Shown here: piece after piece, positions 13,593 through 16,026 of the stretch | Layout of the letters: each line of letters opens with the position of its first letter | How positions within the stretch are numbered: the first letter of the stretch is position 1 | Source of the DNA: Candidatus Woesearchaeota archaeon | GTDB lineage: Archaea > Nanobdellota > Nanobdellia > Nanobdellales > CAZNIQ01 | NCBI GenBank assembly: GCA_964573185.1 | Contig: CAZNIQ010000016.1 | Coordinates: 1-16,026 of the forward strand | Reading direction: 5' to 3' | DNA: 16,026 nt | The notes under the pieces: generated by a model | Told to the model about the DNA's origin: nothing | The model's input: the letters and a program-made list of their open reading frames with translations, nothing else | The model's database searches: none | Position numbers and translations under genes: made by a program

Positions 13593-13614
13593 TAAAACAT
13601 GATATGTTAGAAAC

Positions 13615-13622
13615 TTTAAAAA
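13615..13622. promoter_or_regulatory. Shared TATA-like box (TTTAAAAA) between the HTH regulator (ATG 13592, -) and the sufB-like gene (ATG 13644, +)
   Basis: The box centre at 13618.5 is 26.5 nt and 25.5 nt from the two ATGs. The start codons are 52 bp apart. Confidence 0.5.
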
Positions 13623-13643
13623 CCTATAACAGTGTTATATTTC

Positions 13644-14612
13644 ATGTTTGAATACCTGCCACCCTCGGATATAAAAATATGGTATGAAAACTGGAAAAAG
13701 TATGTACAAATTCTTAGAAAATTGGATATTTATATATATGATATTAAGGAACTTCCAAGGGAATTCCAAAAAATACTTAAAGATCTAAATATTAGAATCC
13801 CAGAAAATATAGATGGAGGAGTTTTTGCCTATGTTCCTGAAGGTATAAAATTAAATATACCTATAGAAATAGCTTATTATGTATCAAATTATGATCAAAA
13901 AATATTCAATGTTTTAATTCTTGAAAAGAATGTAGAAATAACTACATATATAGGATGCGTCGCTCTTGATACAGGAAAGCATAAATCTATTACTTACGAG
14001 TATCTTAATAAACATTCCAAATTAACCACTGTAAAATTACATTTTTGGAAAGGAAATTCAGTATTAAAAGCCAAAACCTTTGTGTATTTAGATTATTCTG
14101 AGATAAAATCATATTATTTGGATTTGTATTCTCAAGGCAAAATTAATTTCTATACAAAGTATATGGGAACAGGTATCGTTGATGAGAAAGCGATAATTAT
14201 TGCAAAGGGTAATATAAATTATTATTCTTATGCAGAATTAAAGGAAGGGGAAGCAAATATGATTTCGAAAATAGTTACATATAGAGATGCTAAAGTAAAG
14301 AATGTTTTAAAATTAAAGGCTATAGGAAGCGTTAAAGGTTATGTAAAATGTGATGGCTTAATGCTAGAAGATTCCTATCAGGAAACTATTCCGATTCTGG
14401 GTAGTAAATGCAAAAAAGCAGAATTACATCACGAGGCAAAGATAGGAAGAGTTTCACAAGAGGTGCTTGAGTATTTAGAGTCCAAGGGATTGACTGAAGA
14501 AGAGGCTATAAGTTTGTATGTAAGAGGCTTTGTAACATCAATACTACCAGAATTAGACGAAAGATTAAAGTTGCAAATTTTAGGTATTCTTTCAAAAGCG
14601 CAAGGATTATGA
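13644..14612 (+). CDS. sufB: Short SufB/SufD-family Fe-S cluster assembly scaffold protein
   Basis: The C-terminal signature AELHHEAKIGRVSQEVLEYLESKGLTEEEAISLYVRGF matches the SufB/D consensus (HEa.vg.i.ee.l.YL.sRGl.eeeA...v.GF). I placed the start at the ATG at 13644 rather than the track's GTG at 13632, based on promoter spacing. Confidence 0.85.
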   Translation: MFEYLPPSDIKIWYENWKKYVQILRKLDIYIYDIKELPREFQKILKDLNIRIPENIDGGVFAYVPEGIKLNIPIEIAYYVSNYDQKIFNVLILEKNVEITTYIGCVALDTGKHKSITYEYLNKHSKLTTVKLHFWKGNSVLKAKTFVYLDYSEIKSYYLDLYSQGKINFYTKYMGTGIVDEKAIIIAKGNINYYSYAELKEGEANMISKIVTYRDAKVKNVLKLKAIGSVKGYVKCDGLMLEDSYQETIPILGSKCKKAELHHEAKIGRVSQEVLEYLESKGLTEEEAISLYVRGFVTSILPELDERLKLQILGILSKAQGL

Positions 14613-15229
14613 AATTAAAAATAACAGATCTAAATGTATGGATAGACGATAAACACATTTTGAAAAATATTAATATAGAATTTAAAAAAGGAATTTATGT
14701 TATAAAAGGTCCAAATGGCTCTGGAAAATCGACCCTTTTGAAAACCATAGCAGGATATCCTTTTAAAGTGAAAGGTAAAATATACTACAACGAAAAAGAC
14801 ATTACTAACCTTCCATTGTTCGAAAGAGTTAAAATGGGAATTGTATTATCCCATCAAATTCCACCAAGAGATATAGAAATAAAAGTGAAAGATCTTATAT
14901 GGTTCCTAGAGAAAAAGGGTCTGCTTAAAAGAAAAATTGATATGAAAAGATATTTAGATAGAATAATGTATATAGAATTCTCTGGGGGAGAAGCAAAGTT
15001 AGTGGATTTCTTGATTTCTTATTCTCTAGATCCAAAAGTATTTTTAATAGACGAAATCGATTCTGGCTTAGATGAAAGAAATATAGAGTTCGTAGGTAAT
15101 TTGTTAAGAGAAATGAACGATAGAATAATCATACTTACTACACATACTGGCAAGATCTTAGAATATTTAAAGCCAAAAGCAATAGTTTATATTGAAAATG
15201 GAGAAATCAAAAATATTAGAGAAACTTAA
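14609..15229 (+). CDS. sufC: SufC-like ABC ATPase (short form)
   Basis: It has Walker A GPNGSGKST, signature FSGGEAKL, Walker B plus D-loop FLIDEIDSGLD, and an H-loop in TTHTG. There is a 4-nt overlap with the sufB-like gene. Confidence 0.9.
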   Translation: MKLKITDLNVWIDDKHILKNINIEFKKGIYVIKGPNGSGKSTLLKTIAGYPFKVKGKIYYNEKDITNLPLFERVKMGIVLSHQIPPRDIEIKVKDLIWFLEKKGLLKRKIDMKRYLDRIMYIEFSGGEAKLVDFLISYSLDPKVFLIDEIDSGLDERNIEFVGNLLREMNDRIIILTTHTGKILEYLKPKAIVYIENGEIKNIRET

Positions 15230-15488
15230 GGAAGTAATTGATCCTGAGATAGGATACGACATAGTTGCTTTGGGAGAGATAGATGATATTACCATAAATG
15301 GCAAAAAAGTTATTGTAAAATTGTTACCAACCACACCGCTATGTCCTTATTTACCAGTTCTAATTGAACAAATAGAGGAGAAAATAAAGGAACTGGGTTA
15401 TGAACCAGAGGTAGAAGTTGTTTTAGATAAGCAATGGACTCCTGATAGAATAGATCCTAAAATTAGAAAAGAGTTAGGATTAGAATAA
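15198..15488 (+). CDS. DUF59/MIP18-family (SufT-like) Fe-S assembly protein
   Basis: VIDPEIGYDIVALGEI...VKLLPTTPLCPY matches the DUF59 signature (DPE.g.div.LG ... T...CP). I used the ATG at 15198 rather than the track's TTG at 15192. Confidence 0.85.
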   Translation: MEKSKILEKLKEVIDPEIGYDIVALGEIDDITINGKKVIVKLLPTTPLCPYLPVLIEQIEEKIKELGYEPEVEVVLDKQWTPDRIDPKIRKELGLE

Positions 15489-15920
15489 ATGTTTATCCTT
15501 ACGAAGCACGCTAAAGAAAAAATTAAGAAAAGATTGATTAAAAAGAAAAATGTAGATCTTTATGATATATGGAAGTCCGCTTTAGAATTTGCTAAGAAGG
15601 CTGTAAGGCTTGAAGATGAAAAATTCATTTATTTTACTAATGGAAAATATACATTAATTGTTGTTAAAAGATATCCGAGGATTTTAAACAAAGAAGAAGC
15701 TATAAAGTTTTTGCATGGAATTCAAAGAGAAAGTTTTGTTGTATATAAAAATGGGAATCTATATAGATTATCCAAACAAGAGTTACTCAAAATTTTAGAG
15801 GATAATATTGTCATTTCAGAGTACGGAGATGTTTATTTTGGAAAACCTTATATTGCTATTACTTTAAGGCCTGCTAAAAATAGAGAAAGAGCAGTTTACT
15901 ACCACAACAACCAAAAATAA
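15489..15920 (+). CDS. Hypothetical protein (143 aa), last gene of the SUF-like string
   Basis: The ATG directly abuts the preceding TAA (TAAATG). I recognise no family. Confidence 0.65.
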   Translation: MFILTKHAKEKIKKRLIKKKNVDLYDIWKSALEFAKKAVRLEDEKFIYFTNGKYTLIVVKRYPRILNKEEAIKFLHGIQRESFVVYKNGNLYRLSKQELLKILEDNIVISEYGDVYFGKPYIAITLRPAKNRERAVYYHNNQK

Positions 15921-16026
15921 AAGATTTCAAAAATAAGCTTTAATGTGTAGCATAAAATCTTGAGATTGAAAATCAAAGAAAAGTTAGAAATGCTTACATC
16001 TTATATTATGTCTTTGTTAAACAATA

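Noticed and set aside
15921-16026. Weak inverted repeats (AAGATTT...AAATCTT and GATTgaaAATC) and an ATG at 15990 opening a frame to the window edge.
   Set aside because: The stems are short and A/T-only, so they are expected by chance. No A/T box lies at the -26 distance from the ATG at 15990. With only 12 codons visible I cannot support a gene call.
1-16026. Scan for a CRISPR array, long direct or inverted repeats, transposase or integrase genes, rRNA, and other G+C-rich structured RNAs.
   Set aside because: None was seen by eye. The only G+C-rich islands are the two tRNAs and the three C/D sRNAs. A computational repeat and covariance-model scan would be needed to be certain.

Overview
This is a densely packed, A/T-rich archaeal chromosomal segment. 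Hand counts on a few 60-nt lines give about 15-38% G+C. Two tRNAs and three C/D box sRNAs stand out as G+C-rich islands, which fits a hyperthermophile. Alba, ribosomal protein eS17, an archaeal-type peroxiredoxin with a CxDWWFC tail and a 1Fe superoxide reductase point to an anaerobic or microaerophilic archaeon. It looks Crenarchaeota/TACK-like or possibly DPANN, and I cannot be more specific without a database search.

About 28 credible protein genes are present. They include housekeeping genes (ttuA-like tRNA thiolase, YchF-type GTPase, albA, rps17e, ppa). There is an oxidative-stress cluster (Lrp/AsnC regulator, peroxiredoxin, TehA/SLAC1-family channel, superoxide reductase). There is also a compact SUF-like Fe-S assembly operon (short SufB/D-like, short SufC-like, DUF59/MIP18) with a divergent Cys-containing HTH regulator.

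Nearly every first gene of a transcription unit has an A/T box centred 23-29 nt upstream of its start codon and no Shine-Dalgarno sequence, which implies leaderless mRNAs.

Items absent from the ORF track that I could support:
- Three canonical C/D box sRNAs (1696..1743 -, 3522..3569 -, 13277..13325 +).
- tRNA-Asp(GUC) and tRNA-Arg(UCU).
- A 48-codon leaderless ORF (9385..9531 -).
- The 5' end of an AbrB/VapB-like gene (1..112 -).

The most unusual items are:
- A free-standing, very A/T-rich two-motif LAGLIDADG endonuclease gene abutting the 3' side of tRNA-Asp.
- A possible +1 frameshift joining two ORFs into one HExxH protein.
- A superoxide reductase that naturally lacks the conserved Glu of the EKHxP motif.
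- Three divergent gene pairs whose start codons lie 51-52 bp apart around one shared A/T box.

I see no CRISPR array, no transposase or integrase, and no recognisable defence system. I did not find convincing evidence for a wholly new multi-gene system.
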